The position numbers and the translations under genes are program-made. This document shows, piece by piece, positions 8,749 to 16,936 of a DNA stretch of 21,476 nucleotides. The stretch covers positions 1 to 21,476 of the forward strand of contig JBHLRQ010000051.1 in the NCBI GenBank assembly GCA_048882385.1. The letters run 5' to 3'. The notes below the pieces were generated by a model that saw nothing but the letters and a program-made list of their open reading frames with translations, was not told the DNA's origin and ran no database searches. Each line of letters begins with the position of its first letter. Position 1 is the stretch's first letter. The stretch is from Candidatus Thorarchaeota archaeon. Its GTDB lineage: Archaea; Asgardarchaeota; Thorarchaeia; Thorarchaeales; Thorarchaeaceae.

Positions 8749-9912
8749 ATGAAACAGGTGTATTTAGACTACCACAGTGCCAAACCAGTGGACCCTAGAG
8801 TTATTGATGGAATGACGAAGTATCTCTATGATGCTTTTGGAAATCCCTCCTCTCTACATCAAGTTGGGGATGAAGCCACTGAAGCATTAGAAGAGAGCCG
8901 TAAGACAATTGCCAAGTATATCAATGCCGATGAAGATGAGATTGTATTCACCTCTGGCGCAACAGAATCAATAAACCTAGGAATAATTGGGTATGCTCTA
9001 AGGAACAAAAAGAAGGGCAATCACATTATCATGTCTGAAATCGAACATATCTCAATTCATAATATTGCTAAATATCTTGAACGTGAAGGATTCAAGATAT
9101 CAAAAGTCCCAGTGGACCAATACGGAATGGTTGACATACGAAAAATAGAACGGCGCATCACAGATCAGACAATACTCATCACAGTTGGTATGGCAAGTAA
9201 CGAGATTGGAACTATTCAACCAATCAACGAGATTGGTAAGCTTGCAGCTGACAAGGGTATCACATTTCACACCGATGCTGTAGCCGCTCAAGGACTCCTC
9301 ACGATTGATGTCAAGAAAGACAACATTAACCTAATGGCATTATCATCAAACGATTTCTATGGCCCAAGAGGTGTCGGTGTTCTCTATATGCAGAAAAAGT
9401 ATCGAGTAAATCCGATTATGATTGGTGGAGGACAAGAACGCGGTCTTAGATCAGGAAGTGAAGATATTCCTGGCATTGTAGGTATGAAACTTGCTGTTGA
9501 TATTATGAAGAAAGAGATGAAAACTGAAATAAAACGATTCAGAGGATACCGGGATCGAATGATCGAACAAATTCTCAATGATGTACCAGATAGTCATCTC
9601 AATGGACACCCAACTGAGAGACTAGCAAGTAATGCACATTTCAGATTCGAGGGAATTGAAGGCGAATCGATTCTCCTCTCATTCAAGGATTTAGGCATTT
9701 CAGTGTCAACAGGGTCAGCATGTACATCGAAAACATTGGAACCATCCCACACACTGATTGCGACTGGCCTCTTACATGAAGAAGCTCATGGATCATTACA
9801 GCTCACTACTGGAAGATTCAATACAGAAGACGATATAGATAGAGTGTTGGAAGTCGTGCCGCAAGTCGTTTCGCGACTTCGAGACCTCTCCCCAATTTAC
9901 ACTAAGAAGTGA
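8749..9912 (+). CDS. iscS: IscS/NifS-like class V PLP-fold protein with PLP Lys replaced by Asp (Archaeoglobus IscS type)
   Basis: FGNPSS, FTSGATE, NEIGTIQP, GGGQERGLRSG and STGSACTS (Cys325) are intact. The canonical SxHKxYGPKG reads SSNDFYGPRG (Asp202). Confidence 0.9.
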   Translation: MKQVYLDYHSAKPVDPRVIDGMTKYLYDAFGNPSSLHQVGDEATEALEESRKTIAKYINADEDEIVFTSGATESINLGIIGYALRNKKKGNHIIMSEIEHISIHNIAKYLEREGFKISKVPVDQYGMVDIRKIERRITDQTILITVGMASNEIGTIQPINEIGKLAADKGITFHTDAVAAQGLLTIDVKKDNINLMALSSNDFYGPRGVGVLYMQKKYRVNPIMIGGGQERGLRSGSEDIPGIVGMKLAVDIMKKEMKTEIKRFRGYRDRMIEQILNDVPDSHLNGHPTERLASNAHFRFEGIEGESILLSFKDLGISVSTGSACTSKTLEPSHTLIATGLLHEEAHGSLQLTTGRFNTEDDIDRVLEVVPQVVSRLRDLSPIYTKK

Positions 9913-9919
9913 AAGAAAA

Positions 9920-10699
9920 ATGAAATCAACAAAGTACAGCGAAAAGGTTCTGGATCACTTTCGAAATCCACGAAATGTGGGTACACTGGAAGGAGATGAT
10001 GTTGCAGTTGGCAAAGTAGGAAATCCTACATGCGGCGACATCATGGAGGTCTACATAAGGATTGATGGTGACACCATCACCGATGCAAAATTCAGGACCT
10101 TTGGATGTGGTTCAGCAATTGCGACAACAAGCATGACCACAGAGATGGTCAAGGGGATGTCCCTTGATGAAGCAATGAAACTCACAAGGCAAGATGTTGC
10201 AGAGGAATTAGATGGTCTACCTCCAATAAAGATGCACTGTTCAAACTTGGCAGCTGATGCTCTTCATGAGGCGATTATTAACTTCCGAAAGGGAAGAGGT
10301 GAGCATATTGACGAAGTGGAGATGACATCTATACCGGAACCCGGGTGTGTGGTGGGGCAAGATGAATTTCTCAACAAGGGCGTATGGCTTAGTGTTGAGG
10401 ATCCCAAAGATTTCAAGGACCTTCGTACACTTGTCCTTCACTCAGGTGATGAGTCAGTCCAGATTGCATTGGATTTAACCGAGCAGACAGAACGAGTCAT
10501 ACTTCTTACACCTGAGAAGACAGTGATGACAACTCCTGAGCTTGAAGAAGAGCTAAGTAATTCAAGTGTCAAATTGTTGACAGAGTCACGATTGCTTGAG
10601 ATACGTGGAGAATTTGAAGTTGAGAAAGTTCTCATTTTCAACATTGATGAAGATGAGGAATACGAGCTTTTCGTAGATGCAGTTGTAATAATCGAGTAA
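9920..10699 (+). CDS. iscU: IscU/NifU_N Fe-S scaffold with C-terminal degenerate TrxR-like Rossmann domain
   Basis: YSEKVLDHFRNPRNVG, GNPTCGD, FGCGSAIA and LPPIKMHC; followed by an extra acidic domain of about 115 aa. Confidence 0.9.
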   Translation: MKSTKYSEKVLDHFRNPRNVGTLEGDDVAVGKVGNPTCGDIMEVYIRIDGDTITDAKFRTFGCGSAIATTSMTTEMVKGMSLDEAMKLTRQDVAEELDGLPPIKMHCSNLAADALHEAIINFRKGRGEHIDEVEMTSIPEPGCVVGQDEFLNKGVWLSVEDPKDFKDLRTLVLHSGDESVQIALDLTEQTERVILLTPEKTVMTTPELEEELSNSSVKLLTESRLLEIRGEFEVEKVLIFNIDEDEEYELFVDAVVIIE

Positions 10700-10745
10700 T
10701 TCATCGACAGATACTAATGTGAACATATTTTGAGAATTAGATAAG

Positions 10746-11207
10746 ATGCTCGAAATCAGAAATGCCACTCAGGATGAAATACCTCTACTAAAGCAGATGT
10801 ATATGACTGAGGTTGAAGAACACGAAAAAAGAGCTCAAACTTTTGCTAATGAATTGGTAAATCGATTCAAAACAATGTTGGCGTTCAAAAATGGTAATCT
10901 TTGTGGAACTGCATCGTGGGATATCAGGGGTGGTCTTGATGATGGCGTTGTTGAGATAATTGGCATTGGTGTAAATTCGGATTACCAACGTCAAAAGATC
11001 GCTTCAAGTTTGATTGATTCTGTGACTGATGAAGCGAATCGATACTATTCTGAGGCGGGGTACAAGCTCAGAATAATTATGTTATTCATGGAGAAGGGAA
11101 ACGAAGTAGCTCATAAGTTTTACACATCAGTGGGTTTCGAGGAAGTTGCCTGCATTAATGGACTCTATCCTCATGATGATGGCTCAATATGGATACGTCA
11201 TCTATAA
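10746..11207 (+). CDS. GNAT family N-acetyltransferase
   Basis: IRNAT N-terminus, IGVNSDYQRQKIASSL (motif A), NEVAHKFYTSVGF (motif B). Confidence 0.88.
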   Translation: MLEIRNATQDEIPLLKQMYMTEVEEHEKRAQTFANELVNRFKTMLAFKNGNLCGTASWDIRGGLDDGVVEIIGIGVNSDYQRQKIASSLIDSVTDEANRYYSEAGYKLRIIMLFMEKGNEVAHKFYTSVGFEEVACINGLYPHDDGSIWIRHL

Positions 11208-11261
11208 GAAATCCCAAGGACTGATAAGAGACCTCTGCACATAGACCTCAGAGGGTTCATT

Positions 11262-12443
11262 GTGGAAAATCAAGATTTGAAGCTCATCTATCCTGGAAAG
11301 GAACCTCGTGAAAACATCATTTCCTCAAAGAGTTCAACGTTCAGTACGACACTACAGTATGGCGCTACTGAAAGGGACATGTGGGTTAACAGGATTTTCT
11401 GGAGCGACAATCTAAATGTACTCCATTACTTGTTGACTGATTCAGCTATACGAAATGCGATTGATGAATTGGGGGGCATCAAGCTTGTCTATATCGATCC
11501 ACCATTCGGGACAGGGGATATGTATTATTCTCAAGGAAAACTTGCATACTCTGCGGAACTACAAGGACCAGACTACATTGAGTTTGTGAGAAGGCGGTTG
11601 ATTCTATTACATGAGCTACTTGAGGAAGATGGTAGTATCTTTCTCAGAATTGACTATCATTTTGGTCACTATCTAAAGATAATCCTAGACGAGATTTTTG
11701 GACAAAGGAACTTCCGAAATGAGATTGTCATTAACAGACGAAGAAAGAGTGCACAAGAAACAAAGCGCTACAATGTTGCTAATGATGTTCTCCTTTTCTA
11801 TTCCAAGACTGACGATTTCTATTTACAAAAGAAGATTCGGAAAAGACTCTGTACATTCTGCAGCCAAGAGAAAAAACCAGACTGGCATGCCATGATTTCT
11901 TCTGGTGTTAGAAACCCACCTGAAAGAGTGATTCTCGGTGAAACAAGACTACCTCCTAAGAAAATGCATTGGACATATCGACAGGAAAAGATTGACAAGC
12001 TTGAATCAGAGGGCAGACTTAGAATCAACAAGAAGTTGACCTATGTAGATTTGAAGGGGGAACAGGTCAAGGGAATGCCAGAGTATCTCCAATCCGATAA
12101 AGTCCCGGTTGACTCGTTGTGGATTGATTTGAAGGGGTACACTCATCGATGGAAATATCCATCTGAAAATTCAGAGGAACTTCTTGATCGTGTCATTTCT
12201 TCGTCTTCAAGAGAGAAGGATTTAGTTCTTGATGCATTTGCGGGATCAGGAACAACAGGAATAGTATCAGAGAAACTGGGGAGAAATTGGATTCTAATTG
12301 ACTCTTCAGAAATCGCCATTCAGACAATACTCAGGAGATTGTTCAGTATGAAAAAAGGAATAGGAAACAGAGGAAAACTACTTACCCCAAGACCCTTTGT
12401 GCTTCATGAATGTATGAAATCAGTTAGGAAGAAATCTCAATGA
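11262..12443 (+). CDS. Beta-class amino (N6A/N4C) DNA methyltransferase, Mod-like
   Basis: Motif IV YIDPPF precedes motif I VLDAFAGSGTT. Also has FRNEIV and KLGRNWILID. Confidence 0.9.
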   Translation: MENQDLKLIYPGKEPRENIISSKSSTFSTTLQYGATERDMWVNRIFWSDNLNVLHYLLTDSAIRNAIDELGGIKLVYIDPPFGTGDMYYSQGKLAYSAELQGPDYIEFVRRRLILLHELLEEDGSIFLRIDYHFGHYLKIILDEIFGQRNFRNEIVINRRRKSAQETKRYNVANDVLLFYSKTDDFYLQKKIRKRLCTFCSQEKKPDWHAMISSGVRNPPERVILGETRLPPKKMHWTYRQEKIDKLESEGRLRINKKLTYVDLKGEQVKGMPEYLQSDKVPVDSLWIDLKGYTHRWKYPSENSEELLDRVISSSSREKDLVLDAFAGSGTTGIVSEKLGRNWILIDSSEIAIQTILRRLFSMKKGIGNRGKLLTPRPFVLHECMKSVRKKSQ

Positions 12444-13120
12444 GTCAATCAATAGGGACTCTCCAAGAGGGTTCTTTACATTCAAGCATCAAGGAGCTCT
12501 ACACAAAAGGAGGTGCAGAAACGGAGATAGTTGTGGAAGGGTATGTGATTGATGTTGTACGTGATGGACTTCTGATAGAAGTCCAAACTGGGAATTTTGC
12601 GAAAATCAAGTCAAAGATATTATCACTGATCAAGAACCATCGAGTTCGTCTTGTGTACCCAATTCCTAAAGAAAAGTGGATTGTTCGTGAGAGTCCCGAT
12701 GGGCTGAAAGAGCTTAGTCGAAGGAAATCACCTAAGCAAATGGATTTCATTGATTTGTTTGATGAGTTGGTCAGATTTCCAAGTTTTATTGCACACAATA
12801 ACTTCTCTCTGGAAGTGTTACTAATAAAAGAAGAAGAGATTCGTCGTAAGGATGGAAAAGGAAGTTGGAGAAGAAGAGGATGGAGTATTATCGATCGGAA
12901 ATTGATTGATGTTGAAGACAAGCGATTATATGAACAACCATCGGACTTCCTAGAATTCATCCCTGATTCATTGACGAAACCATTCAGAAATTCTGATTTG
13001 GCTGAAGTGTTAGGAATTCATACCAGAATTGTTCAGCGAATGACATACTGTCTTCGTAAGATGGACGCACTCAGAGTTGTTGGCAAAAAGGGAAACGCAC
13101 TACTACTTGATACAATATGA
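12440..13120 (+). CDS. Uncharacterised PD-(D/E)XK-like nuclease fold protein with C-terminal wHTH
   Basis: E..SLH..K helix, IDV...LIEVQT (D...ExQ variant) and a C-terminal FRNSDLAEVLGI..RMTYCLRKM HTH. ATGA overlap with the MTase stop. Confidence 0.65.
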   Translation: MSQSIGTLQEGSLHSSIKELYTKGGAETEIVVEGYVIDVVRDGLLIEVQTGNFAKIKSKILSLIKNHRVRLVYPIPKEKWIVRESPDGLKELSRRKSPKQMDFIDLFDELVRFPSFIAHNNFSLEVLLIKEEEIRRKDGKGSWRRRGWSIIDRKLIDVEDKRLYEQPSDFLEFIPDSLTKPFRNSDLAEVLGIHTRIVQRMTYCLRKMDALRVVGKKGNALLLDTI

Positions 13121-13126
13121 ACACGA

Positions 13127-14230
13127 TTACTTCTTCTTTGCTAGAACATTCTGGATGTCTTGCAAATACTCATCTCCAGGAGTTCTCCAGCCATTAGAAT
13201 CTCTGTCAAAGAGGTCATAGGGATGTGAATCCATACTCTTTTGTGAATCATGTACTGTTTGAATTAAGTAAGACGATAGATATGGACGCAGTATATCGAA
13301 GCCCTTCAGAAAACCCTTGAGATCATGAGCCGAGAGATTCATACTCATTGCATAGCGAGTTTTTGATTCCATTATGATGGTTGCTGGGAAAGGCAATTCA
13401 TAGATACTGGATAGAATAGGGCTCTTAGGGCTTTTTAACTCGAAGAAACAGAATAGAGGTAAGAATTCCTCTGATTCACAAACTGCAGATCGATACCCCT
13501 TGATTATACCTTTTTTCTCAAGACGGCGAATTCTTTTGTTGACTTGTGCTTCTGATAGTGACAACAACTCTGCAAGCTTCTTCTGAGTTATTTCACCATC
13601 ATCAAACATCAGTTTCAGAATTGATACATCATTGAAGTCAAAATCAACAATTGTCTGTACAGCATTCATTGGAGGTTTGAATTGTTTTTTGGATCGAATG
13701 TTTTTCTGGATCTGAGTCAACCATTTGTCCCAATCCCAGTTCCATCCAATGTCTGCGTCGTATTTTGAGTAGTCTGCACGTTTAACATCATAATCAGTTA
13801 CATCAATAATGAAGAAATCCGATATGAGATCTGACTTCTGGCATTCCTCGAGAATTCTTCTCACTATTCTTGGAGTTGATAGTGAATAGAGTGAGTAGCC
13901 TAGGAATCCATTATACTTTCCATAGGTGGAACTGTAGTGGTATATTGTATCAATGGCATAGAAAATATCTGGCAGGTATTTGTATCCATCAAACATTGCA
14001 TTGACAAGAAAGACATTTTCACCAAGACCCATTCTTCTCTCAAGCGCCATTACTCGAGTAGGACAGAGTACACCAGTTTCGCGGAGCCTCTTTATTCGAT
14101 AACGAACGGTCCTTGCAGGAATGTCTACTATCTCGCTTACTTCCTCTGTAGACATTTTTGGCCCGAGCTGATCTAGAGCCCCGATGATATCCATATCTTT
14201 CCGGTCCGGTCTCTTTGTCGTTGGTGTCAC
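13127..14230 (-). CDS. Tandem wHTH Lrp/AsnC-like transcriptional regulator
   Basis: Two HTHs: STEEVSEIVDIPARTVRYRIKRL and ITQKKLAELLSLSEAQVNKRIRRLEKKGIIKGY. Start placed at GTG 14230. Confidence 0.85.
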   Translation of the reverse strand: MTPTTKRPDRKDMDIIGALDQLGPKMSTEEVSEIVDIPARTVRYRIKRLRETGVLCPTRVMALERRMGLGENVFLVNAMFDGYKYLPDIFYAIDTIYHYSSTYGKYNGFLGYSLYSLSTPRIVRRILEECQKSDLISDFFIIDVTDYDVKRADYSKYDADIGWNWDWDKWLTQIQKNIRSKKQFKPPMNAVQTIVDFDFNDVSILKLMFDDGEITQKKLAELLSLSEAQVNKRIRRLEKKGIIKGYRSAVCESEEFLPLFCFFELKSPKSPILSSIYELPFPATIIMESKTRYAMSMNLSAHDLKGFLKGFDILRPYLSSYLIQTVHDSQKSMDSHPYDLFDRDSNGWRTPGDEYLQDIQNVLAKKK

Positions 14231-14300
14231 TCTCGTTATTTTAATCGCCAAAATTATAATTAATATCACGTTTCTGAGCAATTCGATTATATTACGTTAT

Positions 14301-14380
14301 TGGCAATCTTTATATTAAAGATTTGCCAGAAAAATACACAGGCGTGTGTTAATGGCAATAAGTGATTTCACACACTGCCA
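14301..14380. promoter_or_regulatory. Duplicated operator-like dyads TGGCA-N18-TGCCA between divergent regulators
   Basis: Copies at 14301-14328 and 14353-14380, both TGGCAAT-N16-TGCCAGA. The first encloses TATA-like TTTATATTAAAG. Confidence 0.65.
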
Positions 14381-14407
14381 GATGCATACAAGCAATTGGT
14401 GGTTACG

Positions 14408-14692
14408 ATGAGCCAACCTGTCAACCTGACAAAGAGCACTTTGCTCGTATTAGACAAGCTAGACAGAGATGGACCAATGAGTCCTCAAGACCTGGCAAAG
14501 TCGTCAGGACTTGCTATGAGAACAGTCACTCTGGCTCTAAAGACCCTTCTAAGTGGGAATCTATGCCGGAGAATTCCAAACTTGATGGACATGAGGAAAC
14601 CTCTCTATCATGTTGATTCAGAAAAAGTCCGCGAACTAAGAAGAAATGCGGACATCTGGCGATCCATGGCACATCTTCGAGTCATGAGATAA
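14408..14692 (+). CDS. Small MarR-like winged-helix DNA-binding protein
   Basis: GPMSPQDLAKSSGLAMRTVTLALKTL HTH and wing NLMDMRKPLY. Start is ATG 14408 (alternatively 14396). Confidence 0.82.
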   Translation: MSQPVNLTKSTLLVLDKLDRDGPMSPQDLAKSSGLAMRTVTLALKTLLSGNLCRRIPNLMDMRKPLYHVDSEKVRELRRNADIWRSMAHLRVMR

Positions 14693-14704
14693 TCCATCAT
14701 GTTT

Positions 14705-14730
14705 TGACCGCGGAATTTCTGCGGTCATTT
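14705..14730. terminator. Hairpin between convergent genes, probable terminator
   Basis: TGACCGCGGAA-T-TTCTGCGGTCA inverted repeat with one G-U pair, flanked by T-rich tracts. Confidence 0.55.
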
Positions 14731-14763
14731 ACTTCATTTTATGAGTTTTGAAATTCAATCATT

Positions 14764-15105
14764 TTAGGAGCAGCCATCATTAAAGCAATTTCTTAGAACT
14801 GCATTCATGACAGCACCTCTAGCTACATCCATGTCTGGTAGACCTGCTATGAACTCATCGCACACTCTCATTGCAGGAAGTCCAAGTGGTGCAGGAAGTC
14901 CACAGCCATCATCAAGTCCAGATGAAACATCAACAATTCTGATTGTTTCGGGGGGAAGGCCAAAATCAGAAAGAACATTATACATGATCTCAAGAGCAGC
15001 ATCACAAAGCACACAATGTTCACTAGAGTATACAATTATGCAACTGCATCTTCCACACTCTGTACGTAAAACCTCATATGAAAACTTCTTCAGCGCTTGA
15101 GTCAT
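14764..15105 (-). CDS. Thioredoxin/glutaredoxin-fold protein (CxxC)
   Basis: IIVYSSEHCVLC, IVDV, cis-Pro-like GLPAM and FIAGLP. GGGTGA RBS upstream. Confidence 0.72.
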   Translation of the reverse strand: MTQALKKFSYEVLRTECGRCSCIIVYSSEHCVLCDAALEIMYNVLSDFGLPPETIRIVDVSSGLDDGCGLPAPLGLPAMRVCDEFIAGLPDMDVARGAVMNAVLRNCFNDGCS

Positions 15106-15350
15106 GTTCTGTCACCCAACAATATGGGAAAAAGGGAAAAATTGAATATAACCAGTATGAGCAAACAAACCCGAAATAGAATGCCCCATCTAGACGAATA
15201 GACCCAATCTAGAGAAGGTTTGATTTTCGAACTTGGAAATTTCGTGTGTTGAAGAGCAATTAGATTCTAGTCAGTTGTCTATGTCAAGTTATACCTTTAC
15301 AAATGGCCATATCACACAGATATTACTAGAGCAATATGTGAATTTCCAAG

Positions 15351-16529
15351 TCATTTGCATACTAAATCAAGTGCTGATGTGAGGTCCATGAGTAGATCAT
15401 CCGCATCTTCGATTCCAACTGACAATCTCACAGTTGATTCAGAGATGTTCATCTCTGCGAGAGCTTTCTCATCCAATCCATAGTGTGTTGTCAGAGCAGG
15501 AATACTAGCTAGACTTTCAACACCGCCTAAAGAAACTGCGTTAAGAAAGATCTTGAGAGAGTCAACGAAAGTGCTTGTTCCAGCTAAATCTGAATCTATC
15601 TCAACACTCATCATACCCCCAAATCCATCCATCTGTTTTTTGGCTACATCATGATGGGGATGACTTGGAAGTCCTGGATAGTGGATGCGTCGGATTCTCG
15701 AGTCTTTTTCTAACTTCTCCGCAAGATACTTTGCATTGGAGTTGTGTCTCTCCATCCTAACACTCAGGGTCTTGATTCCACGATCTAGTAGGAATGAAGC
15801 GAACGGATCCATGGTGCCTCCTAAAAGTTTTGCAGCACTACGTACTTCAGTCATAAGCTTGTTTGATCCAGAAACTGTTCCAGCGATGATGTCACTATGA
15901 CCTCCCAGGTATTTGGTTGCACTATGCATTACTAAATCGATACCAAGTTTATGTGGTCGCTGATTGATTGGAGAACCAAAGGTACTATCTATCATACTAA
16001 TCAATCCGGATGCTTTTGCAGCATCAGCTACCTTCTCTATGTCAACAATCTTCAGAGTTGGATTAGTAGGAGTTTCAAAGAAGACCAGCTTATACTTGTC
16101 ACCAGAGTCTTGAATTCTATCAATTAATTCATCAGTATCAACATAGTCAACCTGAATTCCATTCTGAGGAAGTATCTTATTGAAGAGCTGAACTGTCCCA
16201 CCATAGATTGAGTCACTCGAGAGGATTCTTTCTCCACCCTTCATGAGACCCATAACAGCAGAAGATATTGCCGCCATACCCGATGCTAGAACATGAGTAT
16301 CCTCAGTTCCTTCAAGAGCACTGAGTTTTTCTTCAACGCTCTTAGTAGTTGGATTAGTCCATCGCGTATACACATGTCCTCCCGACTTTCCCTGAACTGC
16401 GTCAAGCATTTCCTGTTGATTCTCAAAGACAAAAGTTGAGGTTTGAGTTATTGGAACAACAGCAGGACCTGAAGTCTGCATGTGCGTACCTTGGACACAA
16501 AGTGTAGAAAGGTTTCTCTCCGTTTTCAT
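15351..16529 (-). CDS. Cys/Met metabolism PLP enzyme (cystathionine gamma-lyase/synthase or methionine gamma-lyase family)
   Basis: YTRWTNPT, ASGMAAI, YGGT, ETPTNP, HSATKYLGGHSD (PLP Lys intact), SLGGVESL and RLSVGIED. Confidence 0.93.
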   Translation of the reverse strand: MKTERNLSTLCVQGTHMQTSGPAVVPITQTSTFVFENQQEMLDAVQGKSGGHVYTRWTNPTTKSVEEKLSALEGTEDTHVLASGMAAISSAVMGLMKGGERILSSDSIYGGTVQLFNKILPQNGIQVDYVDTDELIDRIQDSGDKYKLVFFETPTNPTLKIVDIEKVADAAKASGLISMIDSTFGSPINQRPHKLGIDLVMHSATKYLGGHSDIIAGTVSGSNKLMTEVRSAAKLLGGTMDPFASFLLDRGIKTLSVRMERHNSNAKYLAEKLEKDSRIRRIHYPGLPSHPHHDVAKKQMDGFGGMMSVEIDSDLAGTSTFVDSLKIFLNAVSLGGVESLASIPALTTHYGLDEKALAEMNISESTVRLSVGIEDADDLLMDLTSALDLVCK

Positions 16530-16627
16530 AATAGGTAATCCTCCATTATAGTTGGAAACAAATGCCCGTAGAAACTATAGTGAGAATAAGAGATTAACTA
16601 TATTAAACGTAATGAAGAGGCAATTAC

Positions 16628-16840
16628 CTACGGTTCTTCGGGGATTATCAACCCAATAACAATGTATCCGAGAAGTCCAATCACGGTAAGGGTGAAGAGG
16701 AACATCAGGACTCGGACAAGTGTTGAATCCATGTTGTAATACTTTGCAATCCCACCACATACACCCAGAATCATTCGGTCTGTTTTCGAGCGATAAAGGC
16801 CAGTGCTTGGGGTATGACTAGGAGTTGGTATTTCCGCCAT
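16628..16840 (-). CDS. pspC: PspC domain membrane protein
   Basis: LYRSKTDRMILGVCGGIAKYYNMDSTLVR followed by a TM ending YIVIGLIIPEE. Confidence 0.9.
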   Translation of the reverse strand: MAEIPTPSHTPSTGLYRSKTDRMILGVCGGIAKYYNMDSTLVRVLMFLFTLTVIGLLGYIVIGLIIPEEP

Positions 16841-16936
16841 TCTACCACCATATGTTTTGTAGATATGGTAGATATTAAAGATTTAGAGGAGATTATCGCT
16901 ACATACATAACCTCGTACTTGGAGTCCAGTCAAAGC

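Noticed and set aside
8749-9912. iscS as a pseudogene
   Set aside because: Full-length frame with all other motifs conserved, and the same SSND motif is known in Archaeoglobus IscS.
12499-12960. 153-aa antisense ORF and other shadow ORFs (e.g. 4636-5016, 8102-8401, 17323-17640, 20368-20646)
   Set aside because: They lie opposite or overlap well-supported genes and have no recognisable motifs.
14695-14745. Hairpin as a SECIS element for the Trx-like gene
   Set aside because: Neither flanking gene has an in-frame TGA within its coding region. The stem beyond the core hairpin does not pair as a SECIS helix, and a terminator is the simpler explanation.
15106-15350. 245-nt intergenic region with repeated CCCA(A)TCTAGA as possible ncRNA or CRISPR remnant
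   Set aside because: Only two short imperfect copies, no regular spacing and no convincing stable structure. Probably promoter/terminator space.
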